Source: Minisyncoccota bacterium (lineage in GTDB: Bacteria; Patescibacteriota; Minisyncoccia; Phycocordibacterales; UBA2100). Taken from it: a DNA stretch of 64,000 nucleotides. Shown here one piece after another: positions 48,634 to 59,273 of the stretch. The DNA is taken from NCBI GenBank assembly GCA_043780835.1, contig JAYWCB010000013.1, positions 13,512 to 77,511 on the forward strand, written 5' to 3'. The position numbers and the translations under genes are program-made. The notes under the pieces were generated by a model. That model saw only the letters and a list, made by a program, of their open reading frames with translations, searched no databases and had not been told where the DNA came from. Position 1 is the stretch's first letter, and every line of letters begins with the position of its first letter.

Positions 48634-49481
48634 ACGGTTTTTGTTATGCTAAAGAGTTTCAAGAACATCACGCGCGTGGCAAGCCATGTCGTAACAATGA
48701 GATACTTGAAACGCCAGAGCTCGTACGAGACGGGGAGTTTATTGCCACGTGAAATCAGACGAACACGTAAGAATCGAATCGTAAAAAGTACGAGCTGCGC
48801 ACTTGTGTGAAAGACGGCGTAGATCCATTTACGGGGTGTGATTGATGCATGGTAATGGCGGCGATCCCAATCAAGTGCGCGCTGCAAGCGCTTTCCGTCA
48901 AAATCCTGGTAGGTGTCGAACATTGGCACATACATCACGTTTTTCATGATACCGACGGGTTCTCCCGGATGAATGACAACACGCTCGTGCGTCATTTTTG
49001 TGTAGCCTCCAATCGCGTCGCGTCGAAAGAGCCGGATTTGCCGGTTTGGGTACGTGATGGTGTCGTCGATTATTTTTCCCTGCCAGATGTACTTGCGGGG
49101 AATTTTGTAGATGCGGTATGGAGGATTCGGATCCGCCACAATCGCGCGAATTTCCTCGATCGCCTCGGGCGATAGAAATTCATCGGAGTCGAGCCTGAAA
49201 TGCCAATCCTCGAGAGAGGCATTCACACAGGTTGTGCGTGCGACTCCGAAGTCGGTAATCTTTTGGTGCGGTTCGTCGGTTTCTACTTGCTTTGTTATTC
49301 GTGCACCATGAGCTCGGGCTATATCTTGAGTGCCGTCGGTTGAGTTACCGTCACAGATAAATTTGTCCGAAAATGCGGCGACACTCTCCAATGCGCGGGG
49401 CAGGTCATGTGCGCTATTGAGCGTAAGGATGCCTATCGAAGCCCTGATCTTCTCCGTTTGTCCCATAGCGTAAAGCATCAT
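48630..49481 (-). CDS. Glycosyltransferase family 2
   Basis: GT-A N-terminal motif (SIGILTLNSAHDLPRALESV) and a DxD region. Confidence 0.8.
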   Translation of the reverse strand: MMLYAMGQTEKIRASIGILTLNSAHDLPRALESVAAFSDKFICDGNSTDGTQDIARAHGARITKQVETDEPHQKITDFGVARTTCVNASLEDWHFRLDSDEFLSPEAIEEIRAIVADPNPPYRIYKIPRKYIWQGKIIDDTITYPNRQIRLFRRDAIGGYTKMTHERVVIHPGEPVGIMKNVMYVPMFDTYQDFDGKRLQRALDWDRRHYHASITPRKWIYAVFHTSAQLVLFTIRFLRVRLISRGNKLPVSYELWRFKYLIVTTWLATRVMFLKLFSITKTV

Positions 49482-49506
49482 ACTATGCTCGGTATAGAAA
49501 AGGTCT

Positions 49507-49893
49507 ATGGATGTTAAACAGAGACACGAAAACAGTAGATGGGGACATCAGACGCAGTATTTGGAATTCCGGCATCAGGAGACGCTCGGCGCACTAAAGG
49601 CGGTTGGTCACCTCTACGCGAATACGCCGAATTTTAATGCGGTCGGCAATCGGCTGCGTGTTGTGTGGGGAATGGTGCCGTGGCAGAAGCGACACAGCAA
49701 AGGGTACGTGTATTGGATGAATGTAGCTGTGTTCAGTAAACTCGTTCTCGACGCCGACTTTGAAAGCGAAGAATTTAAATCCCTTGACTATCGCCGTGGG
49801 AAATCTTTCGCGGCATTTTTTGATTCGCTCGCACAAAAATGGCCTGCTCTGTTTGCGCTCTCATTCTTTATACGCTCGCGGTCTCGCATATAG
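49507..49893 (+). pseudogene. Internally deleted paralog of the class I SAM methyltransferase at 52269-52931
   Basis: N-terminal 34 aa and C-terminal about 95 aa align with the intact paralog. The SAM-binding core (about 95 aa, including the DIGCGDG motif) is missing. Confidence 0.55.
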
Positions 49894-49902
49894 TATTTCA
49901 CA

Positions 49903-50376
49903 ATGTACTATCCTTTCACTATGTTTTTTCGATTGTGGATCCGTATTTCAACCATCATGCGAACAATATATTGGAGTCGTGCGTTCGGTTCGTGCGGAGC
50001 AGGTTTGAAAATTTACGGGCGTATTACTGCATTTCCCACTGCACACGTGCATGTCGGCGCACGTGTTTCAATAAACGATCTCGTCATTTTGAATGCCCGC
50101 GATCACATTACAATCGGTGATGACGTGAGTATCTCCCCGGGAGTAATCATTAATACCGGAGGTCTCGATTACACGGCTCCCAGAGGCCATCGTGGCCACA
50201 AAAAAGCGCCGGTTGTAATTAAAGATGGCGTATGGATCTGTTCAGGTGCGGTCATCAATCCAGGCGTCACCATAGGAGAAGACGCCGTGGTTGCTGCTGG
50301 TGCAGTCGTTACAAAAGATGTAGAGGCTCGAACGGTTGTTGCTGGTGTTCCTGCACGTTTCATCAAGTCGCTATAG
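49903..50376 (+). CDS. Hexapeptide-repeat (LbH) acetyltransferase, sugar O-acetyltransferase-like
   Basis: Left-handed beta-helix hexapeptide repeats (ISPGVIINTG...ICSGAVINPGVTIGEDAVVAAGAVV). Confidence 0.75.
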   Translation: MYYPFTMFFRLWIRISTIMRTIYWSRAFGSCGAGLKIYGRITAFPTAHVHVGARVSINDLVILNARDHITIGDDVSISPGVIINTGGLDYTAPRGHRGHKKAPVVIKDGVWICSGAVINPGVTIGEDAVVAAGAVVTKDVEARTVVAGVPARFIKSL

Positions 50377-50677
50377 CAACGGCGATACTCTCTCATACTG
50401 ACTAGGTATTTTTTGGCAGCTTGCCCTTAAAGAATAACCGGTATCATTATTCTTAAGATGTTTTCTTCAACGCAAAGAAAGAAGTGTTTACGAGAAAGTT
50501 CTTGGCATAGCGCTTAGGGAGCAGCCACCACAATACGGTGATTTAAATATGAGTAGCTGCGGTAAGCCGGTTCATGTAGCACCTATCATTAAACAGTGCT
50601 TAAGATGCCTGTAGATGATAAAAGCACCACTGGCAACTACTGCCAGCGGTGCTCCATATCTTTTCAAACTCCTCTCG

Positions 50678-52048
50678 TTAGAGAGTTTGGTGCGAAATCA
50701 CGATGTCATCCCACCATCCTGTTACGATACCGCCAAAGCCGTTATCATTTATTCCTAACCACAAGGCTGTAATTCCAGTTTCCACATATGAAGCCACTTG
50801 CCATGAGCTCCATGCGCCGCCACCGACTCGTGCTCGTGCTCGACTATTCGTGTAGTCGAATTGAACATCCACTGAATATACCGTGTTTGGTGTAAACGGG
50901 GTAAGGTTCTGCACGCCCGTTCCGGACGCAAACCGGACTTCATTCGAGCCAGGGTCTAAACTGACGTTCCATGTAAACGGGTAGACTCCGTCACTTCCTT
51001 GGAATATGACAAAAATACCTTTGTTATCTGAGTTGCTCGCTTCTTTCATTTTAAAACTGATGATGTCACCGTCAGTATGCGAATCAATCAATCGTTTAAT
51101 GGCTAGATTTTTTTGTATTGTCGTTACCGTATTGCTTGCAGTTACGCTCTCGAGCCCGGAAATTGCATTTGAAGTCGCAAGAAATCCAGCTGTTTCGCTT
51201 GTGCTGAAGTTATTACCGAACACTGCTCCGTCCACATTTGACCACGGCCCGAGCCATCCCGTACCGCCGTTTGCGCCGTTCAAATTCTGTCCATTCGAAT
51301 AACTCTCGAAGTTTTCAGCAACCGGTGTGATCGCGCGAATTACAATTTGTTGCGATACCCAGTTCAAGCTCTTATTACTATTGATTGCACTCGATACGGT
51401 GCCGCTTGGTCCTGCAACCGCCTGTGTGGCATTAAATGACGCAATGGAAGGTCCAAACGGCGCATTGCTCGTATCGTATTTCCTCGTCATCCCGGTGGGG
51501 GGAAAGAAATAATTCCCTGCAGTTCCCGCTTTGCCTGCAGTCACCGCGAACACGGAAACGATTGTACTACTTGCGACCACGCTGGTTACAGATGGAGAGG
51601 TCGCGACTGTTCCGTTTCCTATACTGCTGGTTGCGGCGTCGATCGGATTATTAGTATCTACGTTATTGTATGGTGTGATCCCGCCTTGCATGGTCGTTTG
51701 ATTATCCACCTGCCATAAGTAGCTACTCGGTTCCTGTCCCGTAGCAATTTTCTTATATGTGATCAGGCTTACGTTCGTATCGTTGTCGGTTCGAATTACC
51801 TGTGTCCAACCGGCTGGTGCCGTTGTCGTTGCAGATGAACCGCCGTTTATTGCGATACTGGCTAACATAAGCGTACCGGTTGAAACTCCGGTAGGTTTTG
51901 CGAGCGTAAGCTGTGTGAAAGTTACGTCGTTAGAGGATCCCGTTGTTGCGGCTCCTGAAATAATGTCCGCGACAGCAATTGAGCCGACGAAAATTGATGC
52001 AGCGAACGAAGCGAGGAGAACGAGCCGTCCGCCCTTGTGAATGGTCAT
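50678..52048 (-). CDS. Secreted/surface protein, Ser/Thr/Asn/Gly-rich (456 aa)
   Basis: N-terminal signal/anchor helix (LVLLASFAASIFVGSIAVA), then a T/S/N/G-rich beta-type sequence. No enzymatic motif. Confidence 0.55.
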   Translation of the reverse strand: MTIHKGGRLVLLASFAASIFVGSIAVADIISGAATTGSSNDVTFTQLTLAKPTGVSTGTLMLASIAINGGSSATTTAPAGWTQVIRTDNDTNVSLITYKKIATGQEPSSYLWQVDNQTTMQGGITPYNNVDTNNPIDAATSSIGNGTVATSPSVTSVVASSTIVSVFAVTAGKAGTAGNYFFPPTGMTRKYDTSNAPFGPSIASFNATQAVAGPSGTVSSAINSNKSLNWVSQQIVIRAITPVAENFESYSNGQNLNGANGGTGWLGPWSNVDGAVFGNNFSTSETAGFLATSNAISGLESVTASNTVTTIQKNLAIKRLIDSHTDGDIISFKMKEASNSDNKGIFVIFQGSDGVYPFTWNVSLDPGSNEVRFASGTGVQNLTPFTPNTVYSVDVQFDYTNSRARARVGGGAWSSWQVASYVETGITALWLGINDNGFGGIVTGWWDDIVISHQTL

Positions 52049-52180
52049 ATTGAGATAACTAAACTTCTAATAGTATGAAGTGTAGCCTGTCAAAATATAT
52101 GCAGAACACCGCATATAAAATAGTTTTGTGGGGAAAAGCGGGGGATAAGCTTCAGATCATCCTATCGCTATCACCTGAAA

Positions 52181-52243
52181 TTACGTGACCTGAAGGGTTA
52201 GATACAAGTATTTTGCTGTTTGGACCATCGCGTAAAACATCAT
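52181..52243 (-). pseudogene. 20-aa remnant of a GT2 N-terminus (paralog of 48630-49481)
   Basis: MMFYAMVQTAKYLYLTLQVT* versus the intact MMLYAMGQTEKIRASIGILTLN. The flanking intergenic DNA is also duplicated. Confidence 0.45.
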
Positions 52244-52268
52244 ACTATGGTGCGTACGCAGACGCTCT

Positions 52269-52931
52269 ATGGGAGATAAACAACAGCATGAAAACGATCG
52301 GTGGAAAAACCAGGATCAATATATTGAATTTTGGCATCAACACACATTGCAGCGAATACAAAGCGGCAGTGTGCTCGATATCGGATGCGGCGATGGCTTG
52401 CTTCAGTCTGAACTGTCAAAGAAAGGCGTTACGGATACCATCGGAGTCGATGTATCAGAAAGCGGAATAGAAAAAGTTCGTGCCAAAGGATTTAAAGCAG
52501 CTTTGGCTGACACGACCGATTTCAGGAATATTCCTGAACTCAGAGGTAAGACGTTTGATCACGTTGCGGTGCTCGAGGTGCTGGAGCACGTGTTTGATCC
52601 CGCTGCAGTACTTACCGGGATCCGTGCCGTGCTCAAAGACGACGGTCACCTCTACGCAAGCACGCCCAATTTCAATGCAATCGGAGATCGAATACGTGTG
52701 ATACGAGGAATGGTGCCGTGGCAGAAGAAACACGGCAAAGGGCACGTGTACTGGATGAATGTGGCTGTGTTTAAGGACCTTATCCAGGATGCCGGATTCG
52801 ATATTGTGGAATTTCGTTCATTAGGTTACCGCCGCGGGAAATCATTTGCCAGCCTATTTGATCAACTCGCACAGGCGTGGCCAACAATGTTTGCGCTTTC
52901 ATTCTTTGTACACGCGAGGCCAAAAAATTAA
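52269..52931 (+). CDS. Class I SAM-dependent methyltransferase
   Basis: Motif I VLDIGCGDGLL and motif II/III regions. Confidence 0.75.
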   Translation: MGDKQQHENDRWKNQDQYIEFWHQHTLQRIQSGSVLDIGCGDGLLQSELSKKGVTDTIGVDVSESGIEKVRAKGFKAALADTTDFRNIPELRGKTFDHVAVLEVLEHVFDPAAVLTGIRAVLKDDGHLYASTPNFNAIGDRIRVIRGMVPWQKKHGKGHVYWMNVAVFKDLIQDAGFDIVEFRSLGYRRGKSFASLFDQLAQAWPTMFALSFFVHARPKN

Positions 52932-52990
52932 CGCGAACGTGAGTGGTTGCCTTGTCTGCCTAATCCCGCATACTGCGCGAATATCTGTGT

Positions 52991-54103
52991 ATGGACACTG
53001 CAGTAAAAAAACGAATCATAATACTTTTTGCTGGGCGCTTTCCGAGTGAAAAAGCGGCGGCCCTGTTTGTTGATTTGAATGCGCGATCGCTCGTGGACGC
53101 CGGTGCAGATGTAATAGTCCTTGCGCCTCGGCGGCTTGGACGACATCGCATGGAACAGGTCCCGTATTCACTCGTATTCTTGCCGACGCTTGATTTGTCG
53201 CATATCCCGATCCTGTGGAACATCGCAAATTACATTACCGTCGCCGTGTATTCAAAAGTGCTCTTTTTTTGGTTGCTTTTGAAATCGAACAAGTCAGACG
53301 TCATTATTTCAAATGATGTGGTGCCGCTTCTCGTTGCATCACTTATCCGGAAAAATCTGATGTATGAGATGCATGATTTCCCGGATCGTGCACGCACGAT
53401 GTACGGTATCCTTTTCAGGCGGGTGCGGTGGATTCTTGCCACAAACGAGTGGAAGGCAAAAGAAATTCAACGGAAATTTGCCGTAGATACGAAGAAGATC
53501 TTTGTAGAGCGAAACGCCGTGGATATTTCTGCATTCGGGCAGATGACCCGCCACGAAGCTCGTGAGAAGCTCGGGCTCGACGGGAATGCACGGTTTGCGG
53601 TTTATACCGGGCACCTATACGAATGGAAGGGCGCAGACACGCTTGCCCAGGCCGCGAAAGATGTCCCAGACGTCACGGTTGTTTTTGTGGGTGGAACCGA
53701 TTCCGACGTCGCACGCTTTCGGACGACATATAGCGATATTCTAAATATAAAAATTATCGGACACGTACCACACGAAAATATACCAATCTGGCAGTCTGCT
53801 GCAGATGTGCTCGTATTGCCGAATTCCGGCAAAGAAGAAATATCGGTACATTACACTTCGCCGATGAAGCTGTTTGAATACATGGCGAGTGCTCGTCCTA
53901 TTGTGGCGTCTGATCTACCCTCGATTCGAGAGATCTTACCGACCGATGCGGGGTATTTTGCCATATCTGATAATCCCGAGTCCTTTGCATCCGAGATATA
54001 CGCGGCGCTATCTGATTCAACGCGAGCGTCTCGTGCCCGGGACGTCGTTGTGGAATATTCTTGGAGCAAACGAGCGCAGCGTATACTGAGCCGATTCATA
54101 TGA
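52991..54103 (+). CDS. Glycosyltransferase family 4
   Basis: GT-B. C-domain motif (YTGHLYEWKGADTLAQAA). Confidence 0.8.
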   Translation: MDTAVKKRIIILFAGRFPSEKAAALFVDLNARSLVDAGADVIVLAPRRLGRHRMEQVPYSLVFLPTLDLSHIPILWNIANYITVAVYSKVLFFWLLLKSNKSDVIISNDVVPLLVASLIRKNLMYEMHDFPDRARTMYGILFRRVRWILATNEWKAKEIQRKFAVDTKKIFVERNAVDISAFGQMTRHEAREKLGLDGNARFAVYTGHLYEWKGADTLAQAAKDVPDVTVVFVGGTDSDVARFRTTYSDILNIKIIGHVPHENIPIWQSAADVLVLPNSGKEEISVHYTSPMKLFEYMASARPIVASDLPSIREILPTDAGYFAISDNPESFASEIYAALSDSTRASRARDVVVEYSWSKRAQRILSRFI

Positions 54104-55470
54104 ATGTTGTATCGACAGTGGGGCGAGGAGTGGCGTGGAATAGTGCCTCCGCGATTGTCGGCAAGGCTCTCATGTTCACCAATGTGTTAATCATTCTCAC
54201 GTTTGTATCTGTATACGAATATGGGTTTTCCGAGCTCGTATTGTCAGTCATCTCCATGATCGGTATCGTGCTTCTTCCCGGTCTTACGAGCACGCTTATT
54301 GCTGATATGTCAGTAGAGAGAGGGCGAGAGAATTATACACATCTCAATGAGCTTTTTTTCCATCAATTATTACTCAATATAGTTCTGGGTGTCTGTTCGT
54401 GGGCATTCCTATTCTTTCTTTCAAATCCTGTTGCCGCACTTGCGGGTAATCCGTATGCCGCACAATTTCTACAAATTGCGTCATTTTTATTCTTAATTTC
54501 ACCATTTCGTACTAGTGGTCAAACGCTTGCCGCGGTCATGTTGCGATTTTTCGATCAGTCGTTTTATGGTGTTATAGAAGAAGTGTGTAAGCTCATTATT
54601 TTGCTTATATGTGTGGTTTGGTTATCAATGGGTATTCATGGACTCATGTATGCCATAGTGTTTTCTCAACTCGCTGGGGTTATTATTTTCGCTCCGCGCA
54701 CATACTCTGCCTACCGGCTCTTTGCGGCGTATCCGTCCAATGATTGGTTTCGATTTTGGGATATCGTACGAGGTCACCGTACCTGGAGCGTTGGTACATC
54801 TTACATTGGCACATTTACTCAAAATGCCCGAATCTGGATCATCAAATTCTTCCTTGGGACCGAGGCTGTCGCGCTGTTCTCATTTGCATACGGTTTGTTC
54901 TCACACATTGTGTCTCTTTTTCCGCTGACGACCGTACTCGCGCCGATCATCCCGCGGTACATTGAAAGACGTGATCAAATGGCGCGAATTTTGCGTGCCG
55001 CTCTCAAAATTCAACTTGTAGTTGCGATCGCATTTGTGATAGGGAGTTATATCTTCGGCTATCTGTTTGTTTCACTTTTCTTTCCGAAATATATTGCTGC
55101 GGTCCCGCTACTCTATGTGATTCTGCTTGGAACTATTTCCAATAGTGCAATCGCACTTTTTACTCCGGTCTTTGCTGCGTTTAAAGACCAGAGATCATTT
55201 CTGTTTTCCAATGTATTTAAGACCTTCTTAATGCTCGTCCTGCTTCCGTTGATGATTATGGCATTTGGTATTGTCGGTATCGGCGTGGAAATCGTCCTTA
55301 CGACATTCATCAACGGTATCGAACGCTACTTCCGACTCCGTCGCATTCTGCCGGAATTTACTCTTCAATTCCGTGAGTTATTTCGTTCAGATGAGTACGA
55401 GAGCGAGGCGATGCGAACAGTATTGAACACATTGCAATCAAGTATTGCTCGAATTTACCCGAGAAATTAG
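54100..55470 (+). CDS. Wzx-like polysaccharide/oligosaccharide flippase (MOP superfamily)
   Basis: About 456 aa with 12 or more TM helices. Typical polysaccharide biosynthesis protein topology. The start is taken at the ATG at 54100, overlapping the upstream stop. Confidence 0.75.
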   Translation: MNVVSTVGRGVAWNSASAIVGKALMFTNVLIILTFVSVYEYGFSELVLSVISMIGIVLLPGLTSTLIADMSVERGRENYTHLNELFFHQLLLNIVLGVCSWAFLFFLSNPVAALAGNPYAAQFLQIASFLFLISPFRTSGQTLAAVMLRFFDQSFYGVIEEVCKLIILLICVVWLSMGIHGLMYAIVFSQLAGVIIFAPRTYSAYRLFAAYPSNDWFRFWDIVRGHRTWSVGTSYIGTFTQNARIWIIKFFLGTEAVALFSFAYGLFSHIVSLFPLTTVLAPIIPRYIERRDQMARILRAALKIQLVVAIAFVIGSYIFGYLFVSLFFPKYIAAVPLLYVILLGTISNSAIALFTPVFAAFKDQRSFLFSNVFKTFLMLVLLPLMIMAFGIVGIGVEIVLTTFINGIERYFRLRRILPEFTLQFRELFRSDEYESEAMRTVLNTLQSSIARIYPRN

Positions 55471-55471
55471 A

Positions 55472-56143
55472 TTAGTTTTCTGCGCGTGCCGCAAAACCGT
55501 ACCCCTCCGTGTATTTCGGGATCGACGGTGAAGTAATGAGAAAGCGAATGACGCGCATTTCCGCACGCCTCCATACGCGGATGATATTGAGGAGTACTCC
55601 GGAGAGAGCTCCTGCTTTCGCCGCATGACCAAAGAATTTCAGTTCCGCCGTGTTATACGTATCGGTCAAACGACCGAGCGGAACCACTCGTACATGTGTA
55701 AATCCTGCTTCCGTAAGGAGTCGCTCCAACTGGAAGTGCGTATAGCGATTGAAGTCGTAGGGTTCCTGGTGTTCCTGAACAAGAAACGGAACGGTGCCGA
55801 AAATGTACCCGCCGTTTCGTACGATACGTCGACTTTCCTTCAAGAGAGGCAAGGGATCGGGAATATGTTCAAGTGTATTAGAAAGTGTGATGATATCCGC
55901 GCTTCCGTCATCAAGCGGAATGCCTTTGGTAAGATCGGTCACGATTGAAACGTCGGGAAATGCCACAAAATCGACACCCGTGTATTTGAACAGTTTGAAA
56001 ATATCCCGGAACTGCAGGGGGCCGGCGCCTAAATCGACGAGCTCAAGATCCACCGGGAGTGATAGTAATTCATGCGCGTAAAAATCATAATTCGCATTAC
56101 GCCATTCGCTCCAGAAGGGATTCATGCTGCGCGACTCGTTCAT
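55472..56143 (-). CDS. Class I SAM-dependent methyltransferase
   Basis: Motif I LVDLGAGPLQF. Confidence 0.75.
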   Translation of the reverse strand: MNESRSMNPFWSEWRNANYDFYAHELLSLPVDLELVDLGAGPLQFRDIFKLFKYTGVDFVAFPDVSIVTDLTKGIPLDDGSADIITLSNTLEHIPDPLPLLKESRRIVRNGGYIFGTVPFLVQEHQEPYDFNRYTHFQLERLLTEAGFTHVRVVPLGRLTDTYNTAELKFFGHAAKAGALSGVLLNIIRVWRRAEMRVIRFLITSPSIPKYTEGYGFAARAEN

Positions 56144-56215
56144 CCGCGTAACTATACAGTACGACGGCGCGGTAGCGAATGGTTACATACCAGTCGCGTG
56201 TATAATCAGTAATGT

Positions 56216-57595
56216 ATGAAATCGGCCCTGCTCCTCATGCGCGAGGAAATGCCACTATTGGCAGGAATTATCGCACTTGCAATCGCATTTCGGCTCTGCA
56301 TACTTGCCGCGCTGGTGCATTTCAACGGATATGATTCTCTGCTGCTCGGAGACAGCGTTCACTATCTTCGGCTCGCGGAGCACATGCGCGACGGCATTGG
56401 CTACGTATATGAGGGTGTGACTGAGACATACCGTGCCCCGGGATACCCGGCATTTCTTTATGTGTTTGTTGTCACCGGCGTACCGCTCATCGCCGCTTCT
56501 CTTGTGCAGATAATTATGTCCTCGCTCATACCACCCGGCGCATACCTTCTCATGCGGCGACTCAGCGTTCCGCGGGCCTGGAGTATTGGCGCCGCACTGT
56601 TTCTCGCAATTGAACCGGTGCTCGCATTTTATAGCGTTGTCTTGATGCCTGACGTGTTTTTCTCGATACTCACGCTGGTGGCTGCGTGGTGTGCAGTGCG
56701 GTGGTGTGAAGAGGGTGCGGTCAAATGGGCGGTTTCTGCGGGATTGAGTTGTGGAGTGGCTAATTATTTGCGACCCGCAGATTTATATTTGCCGATAGCA
56801 TTCTTCTTGGGTGGACTTATGGTGCTCGCGGTTCGACGTACAATCACTCCGCGCGCAGTGTTCGTGCTCGCGATGGTGCCGTTTTTTTCGTTTCTCGTAA
56901 TGGCACCGTGGTCCTTGAGGAATCTGTATCTTTTCAATACGACAGAGTTTGTTTCAGCGAAAGCGTCGAATCTCTATAAATACGGCGCGGGAGCAACGCT
57001 CGCGACTGCTGAACATCGCGATCTCAACCTGGTGATTCACGACCTGAACGCAAAAGCCGAAGCGGAAGCACCGAATCCGCACTTGAATACGTTCGAGGAC
57101 GAAGATTACCTCCTGCGTGAGTCTAAAAAAATCATCTTTGCTCACCCGTTCGACTACTTGAAAACGTATCTCCTCGGGCTGAATGGATTCTGGTTTTCCG
57201 GTAATTATCACAGTCTGCTCGCGAGTTACGGAATGATTTCGGCTGAACATCGCAGCGTGTCGTACTCACTCATTTTTGCGCAGGAAGGAATCAGTGGACT
57301 TGTACACGCCGTACTCCAGACCCTCGACGTGTATGTGTTGATCGCGCTCTTCGGTAAAGCCCTTTGGTTTGTTCTCACCGCGTTCGCGCTTGGCGGCTTC
57401 TGGATTTTGCGTCGGCGCCCGGAAGTATGGGTGAGCGCACTGCTGAGTGCATATTTTTCGGCTACGCTCCTCTCGACGACGATTGGTGTAGAGGCGCGTC
57501 ATCGCTTCGCACTTATTCCGCTCGTAAGCGTGTTTGCATTCGCGGCGATGGCTACTGTATACCGACACTTTACGCGCGCAAAACGCGTCCTATGA
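56216..57595 (+). CDS. GT39/GT83-family membrane glycosyltransferase (ArnT/PMT-like; polyprenyl-phosphate-sugar-dependent)
   Basis: Multi-TM protein with the periplasmic-loop motif YRAPGYPAFLYVF, typical of ArnT/PMT_2 glycosyltransferases. Confidence 0.7.
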   Translation: MKSALLLMREEMPLLAGIIALAIAFRLCILAALVHFNGYDSLLLGDSVHYLRLAEHMRDGIGYVYEGVTETYRAPGYPAFLYVFVVTGVPLIAASLVQIIMSSLIPPGAYLLMRRLSVPRAWSIGAALFLAIEPVLAFYSVVLMPDVFFSILTLVAAWCAVRWCEEGAVKWAVSAGLSCGVANYLRPADLYLPIAFFLGGLMVLAVRRTITPRAVFVLAMVPFFSFLVMAPWSLRNLYLFNTTEFVSAKASNLYKYGAGATLATAEHRDLNLVIHDLNAKAEAEAPNPHLNTFEDEDYLLRESKKIIFAHPFDYLKTYLLGLNGFWFSGNYHSLLASYGMISAEHRSVSYSLIFAQEGISGLVHAVLQTLDVYVLIALFGKALWFVLTAFALGGFWILRRRPEVWVSALLSAYFSATLLSTTIGVEARHRFALIPLVSVFAFAAMATVYRHFTRAKRVL

Positions 57596-58320
57596 CAGAG
57601 CAGCGGTCCACTCCGAATCTGTCAGTCGTGATCCTCTGTTATCGGGCCGGAGAGCTCGCTCGAACCGTAGTCTCACGTATGCAGCAATCACTTGATGATG
57701 CAGCGATTTCGTACGAACTCGTCCTTGTCGGCAACTACGATGAGGAGCGGTCAGATTCCGATACCACGCCGGGCGTCGTACGCGACATTGCCGCACACGA
57801 TAATCGCATCATTGCACTGACCGAAATCAAGAAGGGCATGTTCGGCTGGGACGTACGTAGCGGATTGCGCACCGCACAGGGAAACATTGTTGCGTTCATC
57901 GACGGGGATGCTCAAAATCCGGTGGAAGACGTTCTCAGATTGTACAAGGCGATGCAGGCGGAGGGGACGGATATGGCACAGACGTACCGCGTCACGCGAC
58001 ATGATGGCGCGCGGAGAATTTTAATCTCACGCATTTTCAACGCATTTTCGCGTCTGCTTTTCCCTCGTATAAAAATAGTGGATATCAATTCAAAACCAAA
58101 ACTTTTCAGACGAGCAGTGCTGGAGAAACTCGATTTGCATTCTGATGACTGGTTCATCGATGCGGAGATCGCCATCCAGGCGACTCGACACTCTTTCACC
58201 GTCACGCAGCTTCCGACGGTGTTCTTAAAAAACGAACACCGTTCGTCATTCGTGCAACTCAGAACGCTCGCTGAGTTTGTATATCATCTCCTTCGTTATC
58301 GTTTCACCGGGCGCGTATAG
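57593..58320 (+). CDS. GT2 polyprenyl-phosphate glycosyltransferase (ArnC/DPM1-like)
   Basis: LSVVILCYRAGE...AFIDGDAQNP (DxD). The start ATG overlaps the upstream stop (ATGA). The listed ORF starts earlier, inside the previous gene. Confidence 0.75.
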
Positions 58321-59273
58321 GCGCGGTACCATTCGAGCGTCTTCTTAAGTCCCTCGTCAAATTGTATACGGGGCTTCCACCCGAGACGTCGAAGTTTTAC
58401 CGAGGAGAGTGCATACCGAAAGTCATGGCCAAGTCGATCTTGTACATATTCGATGCGGGATGACGGAGACTTGGTAAGTGCGAGCAATTTTCGAACAACA
58501 TCGATATTGCGATATTCATTGGATGCGCCGACGTTGTATACCTCGCCGACGTTGCCTTTGCGTAGGACTGTTTCAAACGCAGCTGCCGAATCTTCGACGT
58601 ATATCCAGTCCCGTACGTTGAGCCCTTTTCCATACAAAGGGAGTTGTTTACCGGAGAGGAGTCGTGTAATGAAAAGCGGTATGAATTTTGAGAGATCTTG
58701 TCCCGGTCCGTAGGTATTGGATGATCGTGCAATCACGACGGGTAGTCCGTATGTTTCATGGAACGCACGCAACACGAGTTCCGCCGACGCTTTTGAGGCG
58801 CTGTACGGACTGTTCGGTTTCATCGAGTCAGTTTCGATGAATGGTCGCGCTTTTGCGCTCAGGGCACCGTAGATCTCATCGGTTGAAATGTGAAGTACTC
58901 GCGAGACGTTTTGTGCGAGTGATAGCGCTGCTACATTGTGGGTGCCGATTACGTTTGTTTCAAGAAACAGCAGCGGGTTTTTGATACTTTCGTCCACATG
59001 GGTTTCAGCGGCAAAATGAACGACGAGGGTCGGTTTAAATTCGACAAAGACGCGCTCGAGCGCTTTTTTGTCTCGAATATCGCATTTTCGAAACACAAAA
59101 TTTGGTGCGTCCCACACATGAATGTTCTTTTTGTCGGCAACTGCTGTGAGCGCGTCGACAACCACGATACGTGATTTCGGCCGCTTCGCGACGATCATAT
59201 TCGTAAAGCAGCTGCCCATGAAGCCAGCGCCTCCCGTAATGAGGATGACTTCGTTAGTGTTTCTTTTTGCCAT
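58296..59273 (-). CDS. rfbB: dTDP-glucose 4,6-dehydratase
   Basis: ILITGGAGFMGSCF and the YSASKA (YxxxK) catalytic motif. Extended SDR. Confidence 0.9.
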   Translation of the reverse strand: MAKRNTNEVILITGGAGFMGSCFTNMIVAKRPKSRIVVVDALTAVADKKNIHVWDAPNFVFRKCDIRDKKALERVFVEFKPTLVVHFAAETHVDESIKNPLLFLETNVIGTHNVAALSLAQNVSRVLHISTDEIYGALSAKARPFIETDSMKPNSPYSASKASAELVLRAFHETYGLPVVIARSSNTYGPGQDLSKFIPLFITRLLSGKQLPLYGKGLNVRDWIYVEDSAAAFETVLRKGNVGEVYNVGASNEYRNIDVVRKLLALTKSPSSRIEYVQDRLGHDFRYALSSVKLRRLGWKPRIQFDEGLKKTLEWYRAYTRPVKR

